Positions 54,568 through 62,984 of a stretch of DNA of 64,000 nt are shown piece by piece. The notes beneath the pieces are model-generated. The model had not been told where the DNA came from, made no database searches, and saw only the letters and a program-made list of their open reading frames with translations. Location of the stretch: positions 8,453 through 72,452 of the forward strand of contig CAZYOV010000001.1 in the NCBI GenBank assembly GCA_964649215.1, in the 5' to 3' direction. Origin of the DNA: an uncultured Dehalococcoidia bacterium. GTDB taxonomy: Bacteria > Chloroflexota > Dehalococcoidia > SM23-28-2 > RBG-16-64-32. A program made the position numbers and the translations under genes. Positions within the stretch are counted from its first letter, which is position 1, and every line of letters starts with the position of its first letter.

Positions 54568-56892
54568 CTAGGACCGGGGCTTCGGCATGCGGTAGCCGAC
54601 CTGCGGCTCCGTCAAGATGAATTTGGGGTGTCTTGCGTCGTCACCCAGTTTTCTGCGCAGGTTGCGAATGAAGGAACGGAGCAGACCGGTCTCGCCTGAG
54701 TATTCGGACCCCCAGACGCGTTGAAGTATCTGGTCGTGGGTGAGGACCCGGCCTGCGTGGGTCGCCAGTTCATACAACAGCTTGTACTCGGTAGCAGAAA
54801 GGGAGACCGTCTGGTTTCCCACGGTGACGCCCCGCTCCGCGAAGTTGATGGTCAGGTCATCCAGCACGAAGGGTGCCCGCGCCTCCAACACGTCGGGCAG
54901 CAGTCGCCTCCGGAGGACCGCCTCTATTCGAGCCAGCAGGTCCGCGGGCGAGAAGGGCTTCGTGATGTAGTCGTCGGCCCCCATCTTTAGGGCGCGGACC
55001 GTGTCCGCTTCCTTGTCGCTGGCCGTGAGAAAGATGACCGGCACCCCGGAGAGCTCCCGGATCCGCTTCAGCAGCTCGAACCCATCGGTGCCGGGGAGAA
55101 TGAGGTCCAGCAGGATCAGGTCCGGCTCCTCCGTCTCCACCAGCTCGACCACGTTGGACGGGTCACTGGTCACGATAGGCTGATATCCTGCCTCGTCCAG
55201 CGACCGCTGGAGGTAGCGGAGGATCTGAGGTTCGTCATCCACCGCCAGGATCCGAGTCCGCTCGCCGGCCCGGCTGACCTTCCCCAGGTGCGCCGTCCTG
55301 CGCGCAGTCTCCGATAGCGAGGCAGCGCTCGTCTCCGCCACCGGTAAGGTGAAGCTGAACGTAGCCCCGCGACCCTCGCCGGGGCTCTCGGCCCAGATGC
55401 GCCCACCGTGGGCCTCTACAATCCCCTTAGAGATGGCGAGTCCCAGGCCGGTGCCCGAAAGCCCAGTCTCCTCGTGCACGCGCGAGAACTTCGTGAATAG
55501 GTGAGGCTGCTTCTCTTCGGCTATCCCCCGGCCGTGATCCCGGACGTGTATCGTCATTTCAGTGGCATCCTGCTCCACCTCTATGTTTATCGGCGCCGTT
55601 GGTGGCGAGAGTTTGGACGCGTTACTCAGGAGATTCGATAGGACCCGAGTGATTCTGCGCCGGTCCGCCTTGACCGCGGGAAGGTCGTCCTGCAGATTCA
55701 GTTGGAGCTCCTGGGGGCTGCCGCTGCGGACGAAGGTGGTCTGGACCTCCTCAATGACCGCGCGCAGATCCATCGCCTCTGGGTTGACCGATAGGGAGCC
55801 GGCCTCGATTCGGGTCATGTCCAGTAGGTTGTCCACCATGTCCCGAAGCCGGTCGGCCTGCTCGTCGATGATCTGAAACAGCTCCTGCGACTGCGCAGCA
55901 TCGAGGGGCTCCCGGGCGCCCAGCGCCATCGCCGCCGACCCCTTGATTGCCGTCAGGGGCGTCTTTAGCTCGTGGCTCACCAGGCCCAGGAACTCGCTTC
56001 GGAGCCTTTCGATCTCCTCCAGCGGCGTGATGTCTTGGATAACCACTATAGCCCCCACTATCTGATCAGTTGCGGAATATACAGGGGCGGCGTTAACGAG
56101 GGTAGGCACGTTACGTCCGTCTGGCAACTCGAAGATGATCTCCTCAGCCTGCACGATTTCACCCTCGCGCAGCGCGCGTTGGAGAGGAAGCTCCTCTGGC
56201 CTGTACACACTCCCGTCTGGCCGCTGATACACTGCCGCCTGCTCATAGCGTTCCAGCCGGTCGTCCGGCTGGGATGTGAGGCCAAGTATGCGCTCCGCCT
56301 CCCGGTTTACGACGAGGACGCGACCGCCAGCGTCCGCCACGAAGATACCCGCAGGAGACGCGTCCACCAGAGTCGCAAGACGCCGTCGCTCCTCCTCAAC
56401 CGCATCTTCGGCCCGCTTGCGCTTGGTGATATCGGTGGCGATGCCACAGACAGCGTAGGGAGCCCCCGCAGAATCGTGGAGCGGGAACTTAAGCGAGATG
56501 TACGTGTGCACTCCGTCGTCCTGAGGGACAAGCTCCTCCCACTCCAAAGCCGTTCCTGTTCGGAGTACCTCTTGGTCGTTGGCGCGGAATGCGTCAGCCA
56601 CCTCCTTCGGGAAGATGTCGTGGTCGGTCCTGCCTTCGACCTGCTCTCTGCTAACGTGGAATAGGGTTTCGTAGCGACGGTTTACGAGAAGATACCGACC
56701 CTGAGTGTCTTTGACGAAGATGACGGCCGTGGTGTTGTCCAGAATGGCGCGGAGCTGTTCATCTTTCTTAAGGGCCTCTTCGGCCCGCTTGGGCTCGCTG
56801 ATCGCGACCTCGCCCTCAGCGCGCGCGGACCTCTCGCGACGCCTTTTGCGTTCGCTGCTTGTTCCTCTAGTAGTTCGCTTGTCGCTGCTCAC
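54568..56892 (-). CDS. Single-polypeptide two-component protein: PAS-PAS-HisKA-HATPase-REC-OmpR/PhoB wHTH
   Basis: 774 aa, no TM. Two PAS modules, H-box SEFLGLVSHELKTPLTAIKG, an ATPase domain (GTGLGLAISKGIVEAHGGRIW), REC (RILAVDDEPQILRYL...DLILLDLILPGTDG) and a C-terminal winged helix (LSATEYKLLYELATHAGRVLTHDQILQRVWG...VGYRM). Confidence 0.85.
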   Translation of the reverse strand: MSSDKRTTRGTSSERKRRRERSARAEGEVAISEPKRAEEALKKDEQLRAILDNTTAVIFVKDTQGRYLLVNRRYETLFHVSREQVEGRTDHDIFPKEVADAFRANDQEVLRTGTALEWEELVPQDDGVHTYISLKFPLHDSAGAPYAVCGIATDITKRKRAEDAVEEERRRLATLVDASPAGIFVADAGGRVLVVNREAERILGLTSQPDDRLERYEQAAVYQRPDGSVYRPEELPLQRALREGEIVQAEEIIFELPDGRNVPTLVNAAPVYSATDQIVGAIVVIQDITPLEEIERLRSEFLGLVSHELKTPLTAIKGSAAMALGAREPLDAAQSQELFQIIDEQADRLRDMVDNLLDMTRIEAGSLSVNPEAMDLRAVIEEVQTTFVRSGSPQELQLNLQDDLPAVKADRRRITRVLSNLLSNASKLSPPTAPINIEVEQDATEMTIHVRDHGRGIAEEKQPHLFTKFSRVHEETGLSGTGLGLAISKGIVEAHGGRIWAESPGEGRGATFSFTLPVAETSAASLSETARRTAHLGKVSRAGERTRILAVDDEPQILRYLQRSLDEAGYQPIVTSDPSNVVELVETEEPDLILLDLILPGTDGFELLKRIRELSGVPVIFLTASDKEADTVRALKMGADDYITKPFSPADLLARIEAVLRRRLLPDVLEARAPFVLDDLTINFAERGVTVGNQTVSLSATEYKLLYELATHAGRVLTHDQILQRVWGSEYSGETGLLRSFIRNLRRKLGDDARHPKFILTEPQVGYRMPKPRS

Positions 56893-57098
56893 GTGCTTCT
56901 TCCAGAGTACTCAAAGTGTTGCATGCGTCGCGCCGGAGGGGCAACCGATTCTGGTCAAGCGTTCGACGTCCTGTCAATCGGCCGCTGACCGTTCGATTAT
57001 AGCAACCAGAGACGAGCTCGGATTGGTTTGCATCCTCCTCGCGGCGCCTCTCTAACCTGTGTGCGAGTCCCGATTCCCACGTGCACATTCACGAGTTC

Positions 57099-57173
57099 TT
57101 GACGTCCGGCGCTTCGGAGTTGACATCGGATGCACAGGGCACCTCTAGGATGGCTCCTGATGGTGACGTTCGG
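57099..57173 (+). promoter_or_regulatory. Three phased direct repeats (T/G)TGAC(G/A)T(C/T)(C)GG in the divergent intergenic region
   Basis: TTGACGTCCGG at 57099, TTGACATCGG at 57120, GTGACGTTCGG at 57163. TGAC cores at 57100, 57121 and 57164, i.e. 21-nt and 43-nt spacing. Confidence 0.3.
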
Positions 57174-57228
57174 TAAGCAGGTCTGGCCCGGTTTGGGGCC
57201 TGCATCGAAAAGTTGAAGGAGCATCGAT

Positions 57229-57906
57229 ATGACCGTCCCTCCGGAAACGAAGCCGAAAGAAGGCCTCGCCACGCAGCGGCGCTATGATCGACAGGCCGCC
57301 TTATACGATCTGATAGAGGTCCCCGTTGAGCTCGTGGTGTTCAAGAGACTCCGCCGGAGGCTCTGGTCTGATGTCCGGGGAGCCCTAGTCTTAGAGATCG
57401 GCGTAGGCACCGGAAAGAATGTGCCCCACTATCGGGAGGACACACGCGCTGTGGCCGTCGACATCAGCCCCCGCATGCTACGGCGCGCGGCCGGCCGGGC
57501 CCGGCACCTGGAGCAGAGCGTGGATCTCATCCTGGCCGACGCACAGCACCTCCCCTTCCGCGACAACGCCTTCGACACTGCAGTCGCCACGTTTGTGTTT
57601 TGCTCCGTCCCAGACCCCATCTCTGGCCTTAAGGAGGTGCGACGGGTCGTTCAAGACGGTGGGACCGTCCACCTGCTGGAACACGTGCGTGCGGGCGGCC
57701 CCGCTATTGGAAGCCTGATGGACCTGGCGAATCCCATAGCGGTTCGGCTCTCGGGGGCAAACATCAATCGAGACACGGTATCCAACGTAGAGAAGGCGGG
57801 CATAGCTCTCGATGCGGTCGATTCCCACGGTTTCGGGATTCTCAAGCTAATCAGTGGAACCGTTCGACATGGGCCATGGGGCCAGAACCAACGGAAACCA
57901 CTATGA
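57229..57906 (+). CDS. Class I SAM-dependent methyltransferase (type 11-like)
   Basis: 225 aa with VLEIGVGTGKNVPHY...DISPRML...FDTAVATFVFCSVPDP. RBS GAAGGAG. Confidence 0.8.
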   Translation: MTVPPETKPKEGLATQRRYDRQAALYDLIEVPVELVVFKRLRRRLWSDVRGALVLEIGVGTGKNVPHYREDTRAVAVDISPRMLRRAAGRARHLEQSVDLILADAQHLPFRDNAFDTAVATFVFCSVPDPISGLKEVRRVVQDGGTVHLLEHVRAGGPAIGSLMDLANPIAVRLSGANINRDTVSNVEKAGIALDAVDSHGFGILKLISGTVRHGPWGQNQRKPL

Positions 57907-57932
57907 ACCACTATCACAGGAGGTGATGAGAG

Positions 57933-58190
57933 ATGTGGCACGTAGATCATGACACCGGCTGGTGGATGATATGGGGTGGGCTGATGATGATCCTCTTCTG
58001 GGGGGCCATAATAGGCTTCATCGTGTGGGCGATCCAGGCCCTGACCAGAAGGGAGTCCAGCCAGACGCAGCGCTCTCAGCCTGGCGCTCCTCAGCCCGCA
58101 GCCCTAGATATCGCCGAGGAGCGGTACGCCCGGGGCGATATCACTCGCGAGGAGTTCGAGCAGATCAAGAGGGACCTGGCGGGGTCGTGA
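57933..58190 (+). CDS. Small membrane protein with SHOCT domain
   Basis: 85 aa. TM WWMIWGGLMMILFWGAIIGFIVWAI and tail LDIAEERYARGDITREEFEQIKRDL. RBS GGAGGTGATGAG. Confidence 0.7.
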   Translation: MWHVDHDTGWWMIWGGLMMILFWGAIIGFIVWAIQALTRRESSQTQRSQPGAPQPAALDIAEERYARGDITREEFEQIKRDLAGS

Positions 58191-58280
58191 TGACTCCCCA
58201 GACACCCCGAACTTCTTTTACAATCCCAGTAGGTAGATAGTAGACTATTCTCTCACCGGGACGAAAGGAGGCGGACCACA

Positions 58281-58808
58281 ATGAAGGAGACTACCTACAC
58301 AGTGACAGCGCTGGGGCGGACGTTCGAGTTCACGCACGCTGATACAGTCCTGCCGTTTCTGACGCTTGCCGGCCGATTGGTCATGGGATTCTTTCTGATC
58401 TGGTCGGGATTCGACAAGCTGATCACTGACTTTTCCGCAGGCGGCTTCCTTGCCAACGCTAGTAAGGGGCCGCTGAAGGATATATTCGTCGACATGGGCA
58501 CCAACCAGACTGCGATCGACGTCATCGACCCGCTGGTGATCTGGGGTCAGATCCTGATCGGCTTCTCTTTGATCCTGGGGTTGTTCACGCGAGTAGGCGC
58601 GTTTTTCGGGGCGCTTATGATGCTGATGTTCTATCTGGCAGAGCTGTGGCCGGAGCACCACCCTTTCATAGATGATCGTTTCATCTACGTCGGTATTTTA
58701 GCCTTGCTGGGAGCCCTGGGCGCCGGCCGCATCCTCGGCATTGACTCCTACCTCGAGCAGACTGAGACGGTGAAGAAGATGCCGTGGCTGAAGTACCTGC
58801 TGGGTTAG
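58281..58808 (+). CDS. DoxX-family membrane protein
   Basis: 175 aa with LTLAGRLVMGFFLIWSGFDKL and 4 TM helices. RBS AAAGGAGG. Confidence 0.7.
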   Translation: MKETTYTVTALGRTFEFTHADTVLPFLTLAGRLVMGFFLIWSGFDKLITDFSAGGFLANASKGPLKDIFVDMGTNQTAIDVIDPLVIWGQILIGFSLILGLFTRVGAFFGALMMLMFYLAELWPEHHPFIDDRFIYVGILALLGALGAGRILGIDSYLEQTETVKKMPWLKYLLG

Positions 58809-58917
58809 AGGATCGTCCCTCTGCAGTGGGAGGCGGCACAGGTTGAATACTCATACAGCGGACACGCCCAGCCACTGGTACAATTGTGCCCGCTCGTGTG
58901 GAAGGTAGACGTCTAGC

Positions 58918-60096
58918 ATGCTCTACGATGTCATCGTGGTGGGAGCCGGGCCGGCCGGCAGCACCGCTGCTCGCCTCTTGGCCCAGCGGGGGGCCTCCGT
59001 CCTCCTGCTGGACCGCGCCCGCTTCCCCCGCGACAAGCCCTGCGGCGGCGGCGTCACCATTCGCGCCGCCGCCTACCTGGACCTGGACCTTTCGCCGGTC
59101 ATCGAGCGCACCGTTTATGGCGCCCGCTTCTTCCTCGGCCTCGGTCCCGCCTTCGACCGCTGGTACCGGCAGCCCTGGACCTACATGACGCAGCGCTGTC
59201 GCCTGGACAGTTTCCTGGCCGAGGCGGCCTGTGAGGCCGGCAGCGATTTCCACGACGGCGAGGCGGTGCGCGCGGTGGAGGTAGAAGACGGTCAGGTCAC
59301 CCTGCGCAGCCGGGGTGGGGCCTACCGGGCCCGCACCCTCATCGCCGCAGACGGGTCCAACGGGGTCAGTAGCCGCAGCGTCGGCCTGCGGCCCCAGTTC
59401 GAGGAGGCAGTGGCCCTGGAGGGCAACCTCCCCTTCTCGCCGGACGTCCCAGCTCAGTGGCGGGAACTGATCGCCCTGGACCTCAGTGGGTGGACCGGCG
59501 GATACGGCTGGGTCTTCCCCAAGGGAGACCACCTGAACCTGGGCGTCGGCGTCTGGAGGTACGTCGCCCTCACCCTGCGGCCCAAGCTGGCCGACCTCTG
59601 CCGCCGCTACGGCTTCGACGCCGCCAAGCTGGAGAACCTGCGCGGCCACCACCTGCCCATGCGCGTCCCCGGCTCCCCGGTGGCCAAGGGACCGCTGCTG
59701 GCAGTGGGCGACGCCGCCGGACTCATCGACCCCCTCACTGGCGAGGGCATCCACATGGCCTTCCTCAGCGCCGGCCTGGCCGCCGACTCTATCATGGCCT
59801 ATCTGGCTGGGGAGGCCGCCGACCTGTCGCCCTATCAGAGAGCTGTGGAGCGTCGCCTGCAGCCGGAGCTGACAGCATCCCGCAAGCTCCAGGAGCTGTT
59901 CCACTATGCACCGCCACTCTACTTGGCCCTGCTGCGCCATAGCCGGCGCTTCTGGTGCGCCTTCTGCCAACTGATCCGCGGCGAAACCACCTACCAGGGG
60001 CTTTTGCGCAAGGTTGGCCCGTTGCGGCCGCTGCTGGTCTACTCGGCCGGTTTGGCCCATCGGCGACGGGTATCGAAGCATGCCCGCCTGCGTTAA
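58918..60096 (+). CDS. Geranylgeranyl-reductase-family FAD-dependent oxidoreductase
   Basis: 392 aa with YDVIVVGAGPAGSTAARLLAQRGASVLLLDRARFPRDKPCGGGV and ...LLAVGDAAGLIDPLTGEGI. Confidence 0.8.
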   Translation: MLYDVIVVGAGPAGSTAARLLAQRGASVLLLDRARFPRDKPCGGGVTIRAAAYLDLDLSPVIERTVYGARFFLGLGPAFDRWYRQPWTYMTQRCRLDSFLAEAACEAGSDFHDGEAVRAVEVEDGQVTLRSRGGAYRARTLIAADGSNGVSSRSVGLRPQFEEAVALEGNLPFSPDVPAQWRELIALDLSGWTGGYGWVFPKGDHLNLGVGVWRYVALTLRPKLADLCRRYGFDAAKLENLRGHHLPMRVPGSPVAKGPLLAVGDAAGLIDPLTGEGIHMAFLSAGLAADSIMAYLAGEAADLSPYQRAVERRLQPELTASRKLQELFHYAPPLYLALLRHSRRFWCAFCQLIRGETTYQGLLRKVGPLRPLLVYSAGLAHRRRVSKHARLR

Positions 60097-60170
60097 GATT
60101 TTCGTTCGCAATGGCCTTCCATCCCGCTCAGCCGTATTATTGTTCACACTAGAGATGAGAGGCATGTGTC

Positions 60171-62885
60171 GTGCTCGCTGACGTCCTAGTCGTCGTAGGG
60201 GCCATCGGCCTGGCCGGCTTCCTCACCTGGTTCTTCTTCGGCAAGCGCGCCGCCGCAGAGGCGACCGTGACCGGCGGCGTCCAGGAAGTAACCGTGGTCG
60301 TCCAGGGCGGCTACTCGCCGAACGTCATCCGCGCCCGCAAGGGTGTTCCCCTCCGAATCAACTTCGACCGCCGCGAGGGGACAGACTGCACCTCACGTGT
60401 AATCTTCCCGGACCTTAAGGTCAGCAAGAGCCTACCGGCCTTCGCCACGACCACTCTGGAGCTGGTCCCCGAGGAGGCGGGGGAGTTCGGTTTCAGCTGT
60501 CATATGAGCATGGTCCACGGCAAGCTCATCGTCACCGAGAACGGGGCGGAGACAGAGGAAGAATCCTCTCTGCCCCCGGATGGCGCTGGGGCGGTCTTCA
60601 GCCATCAGGAGAAGCAACCGCCGGACGACCCTACGCCGCAGCCGGACAGGGCGCCGGCGGAGGCCGAGATCGCCATCTTCGGCGGCGGCGTAACCTGCCC
60701 CACCTGCGTGGTGAACATCGAGCGCGCGCTGGACAGGCTGCCAGGCGTGGAGGGCGTCGACGTGAACTTCGCCGCCGAAAGGGTCAAAGTGGCCTACAAC
60801 CCGGGCCAGGTCAAGCCCGAAGCGCTGGTGCGAGAGGTGGAGAGCACCGGCTACCGGGCGCAGCTACGCGAGGAAGAGGCTCCGCCTCAAGATGTGGCCG
60901 ACCGTGAGGCCGAGGCCCGACGCCGCGAGATCGATGACCTCACCCGCCGCGTCGCCCTGGGAGCCCTCCTCTCCGTCATCGTCTTTGTCGGCAGTTTCCC
61001 CGAGTGGTTCGGCTTCCTGCCGAATGTGATGAGCGAGTTCTGGTTCCTCTTCCTCTTGGCCGCCCCCGCCTACCTCTGGGTCGGCTGGCCCATCCACCGC
61101 TCCACCTGGGCCTCCCTGCGGAACCGTACCGCGGACATGAACACCCTCATCACAGTTGGCACAACCGCCGCGATGGCCTACAGCGTAGTCGCCACCTTCT
61201 TCGATGAACTGCTGCCGGAAGACCAAGTCCAAGTCTACTACGACACCGCCGCCGTAATCATCACCCTCATCCTCCTGGGGCGCCTTCTCGAGGCGCGGGC
61301 CAAGGGCCAGGCGGGCGCGGCCATCAAGAAGCTGATGGGCCTACAGGCGAAGACCGCCCGCGTGGTGCGCGACGGTGGGGAGGAAGACATCCCCGTGGAA
61401 GAGGTGCAGGTGGACGACGTGATCCTCGTCCGGCCGGGGGAGAAGGTGCCGGTGGACGGGATCATCGTCGAGGGGCGGTCCACCCTGGACGAATCGATGG
61501 TGACCGGCGAGAGCATCCCCACTACCAAGGGCGAGGGGGAAGAGGTCATCGGCGCGACGATCAACAAGACCGGGGCCTTCAAGTTCCGTGCCGCCAAGGT
61601 AGGCAGGGACACCATGCTCTCCCAGATCATCCAGTTGGTGGAGCAGGCGCAGGGCTCCAAGGCACCCATTCAGCGCGTGGCCGACCGGGTCACCAGCTAC
61701 TTCGTACCGGCGGTCATCCTCGTCGCCATCGCCACATTCGTAGGCTGGTACCTGGGCGCCCCCGAGACCGCTCTCACTCTGGCCCTTGTAGCGACCGTGT
61801 CCGTCCTCATTATCGCCTGCCCCTGCGCCCTGGGTCTGGCTACCCCTACGTCCATCATGGTGGCGACAGGCAAGGGGGCGGAGCGAGGCATCCTGATCAA
61901 GAGCGCGGAGGCGCTGGAGATGGCGCACCGCATGCAGGCCATAATACTGGACAAGACCGGCACCATCACCCGAGGCGAGCCGTCCCTGACGGACGTCATC
62001 GTCGCCGAGGATGTGCCGGAAGAGACGCTCCTGCGACTGGTCGCCTCGGCCGAGCGGGGCTCCGAGCACCCCCTGGCGCAGGCCATCGTAAAGGGGGCGC
62101 AAGAACGGCAGATACAACTTGTCGAGCCGCAGGACTTTAACGCCATCCCCGGCCACGGCATTGAGGTGAGCGTCGACGGCCGCACCGTGTTGGCAGGCAA
62201 CCGCAAGCTCATGACGGATCGCGGGATATCCATGGATGGGCTGAGCGAGCGGAGCGCAGTCCTGGCCGACGAGGGGAAGACGCCGATGTACGTGGCCGTG
62301 GACGGTCGGGCTGCCGGCATCGTGGCGGTCGCGGACACCATCAAGGAAACTTCGGCGGCGGCCGTGGCCGAGCTCAAACAGATGGGCGTGGAGGTGGCGA
62401 TGCTCACCGGCGACAACCGGCGCACGGCCGAGGCGATGGCGAGGCAGGTCGGAATCGAGCGAGTCCTGGCGGAGGTGCTGCCGGAGGAGAAGGCCAACGA
62501 GGTGAAGAAGCTTCAGAAGGGAGGAAAGCTGGTGGGGATGGTGGGTGACGGGATCAACGATGCCCCGGCCCTGGCTCAGGCGGACGTAGGGCTCGCCATC
62601 GGATCAGGGACGGACGTGGCGATGGAGGCGGCGGACATCACCCTGGTCAGCGGAGACCTGATGGGTATCGTGACTGCCTTGCGCCTCAGCCGAGCCACCA
62701 TGCGCAACATCCGTCAGAACCTCTTCTTCGCCTTCGCCTACAACACCGCTGGTATTCCGGTTGCGGCGGGTGTGCTCTATCCTATCATCGGCGCCCTGCT
62801 GAACCCCGCTATCGCCGCCGTGGCCATGGCCGCGAGTTCGCTGTCGGTGCTCAGCAACTCGCTGCGCCTCACCCGCTTTCGATAA
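60171..62885 (+). CDS. copA: Copper-translocating P1B-type ATPase with N-terminal cupredoxin-like and HMA domains
   Basis: 904 aa. N-terminal TM plus cupredoxin-like domain (QEVTVVVQGGYSPNVIRARKG...FSCHMSMVHGKL), HMA GGVTCPTCV, CPC motif IIACPCALGLATP, DKTGTIT and GDGINDAPAL. Confidence 0.9.
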   Translation: MLADVLVVVGAIGLAGFLTWFFFGKRAAAEATVTGGVQEVTVVVQGGYSPNVIRARKGVPLRINFDRREGTDCTSRVIFPDLKVSKSLPAFATTTLELVPEEAGEFGFSCHMSMVHGKLIVTENGAETEEESSLPPDGAGAVFSHQEKQPPDDPTPQPDRAPAEAEIAIFGGGVTCPTCVVNIERALDRLPGVEGVDVNFAAERVKVAYNPGQVKPEALVREVESTGYRAQLREEEAPPQDVADREAEARRREIDDLTRRVALGALLSVIVFVGSFPEWFGFLPNVMSEFWFLFLLAAPAYLWVGWPIHRSTWASLRNRTADMNTLITVGTTAAMAYSVVATFFDELLPEDQVQVYYDTAAVIITLILLGRLLEARAKGQAGAAIKKLMGLQAKTARVVRDGGEEDIPVEEVQVDDVILVRPGEKVPVDGIIVEGRSTLDESMVTGESIPTTKGEGEEVIGATINKTGAFKFRAAKVGRDTMLSQIIQLVEQAQGSKAPIQRVADRVTSYFVPAVILVAIATFVGWYLGAPETALTLALVATVSVLIIACPCALGLATPTSIMVATGKGAERGILIKSAEALEMAHRMQAIILDKTGTITRGEPSLTDVIVAEDVPEETLLRLVASAERGSEHPLAQAIVKGAQERQIQLVEPQDFNAIPGHGIEVSVDGRTVLAGNRKLMTDRGISMDGLSERSAVLADEGKTPMYVAVDGRAAGIVAVADTIKETSAAAVAELKQMGVEVAMLTGDNRRTAEAMARQVGIERVLAEVLPEEKANEVKKLQKGGKLVGMVGDGINDAPALAQADVGLAIGSGTDVAMEAADITLVSGDLMGIVTALRLSRATMRNIRQNLFFAFAYNTAGIPVAAGVLYPIIGALLNPAIAAVAMAASSLSVLSNSLRLTRFR

Positions 62886-62984
62886 CAGAGAACGCCGTGA
62901 GTGACCCGCTCGACGACTTGGGGCTCCTACTCGAGCCGGCACGGCCCAAAGGTAGAATAGCACTCGAGCGACAGGAGAGAAACG

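Noticed and set aside
60097-60170. Partial resemblance to the element upstream of copA (GATTTTCGTTCGCAATGGCC ... CACACT)
   Set aside because: The order and spacing do not match: there are about 30 nt between the CAATGG box and the hexamer, and no dyads. It is more likely an unrelated metal-responsive promoter.
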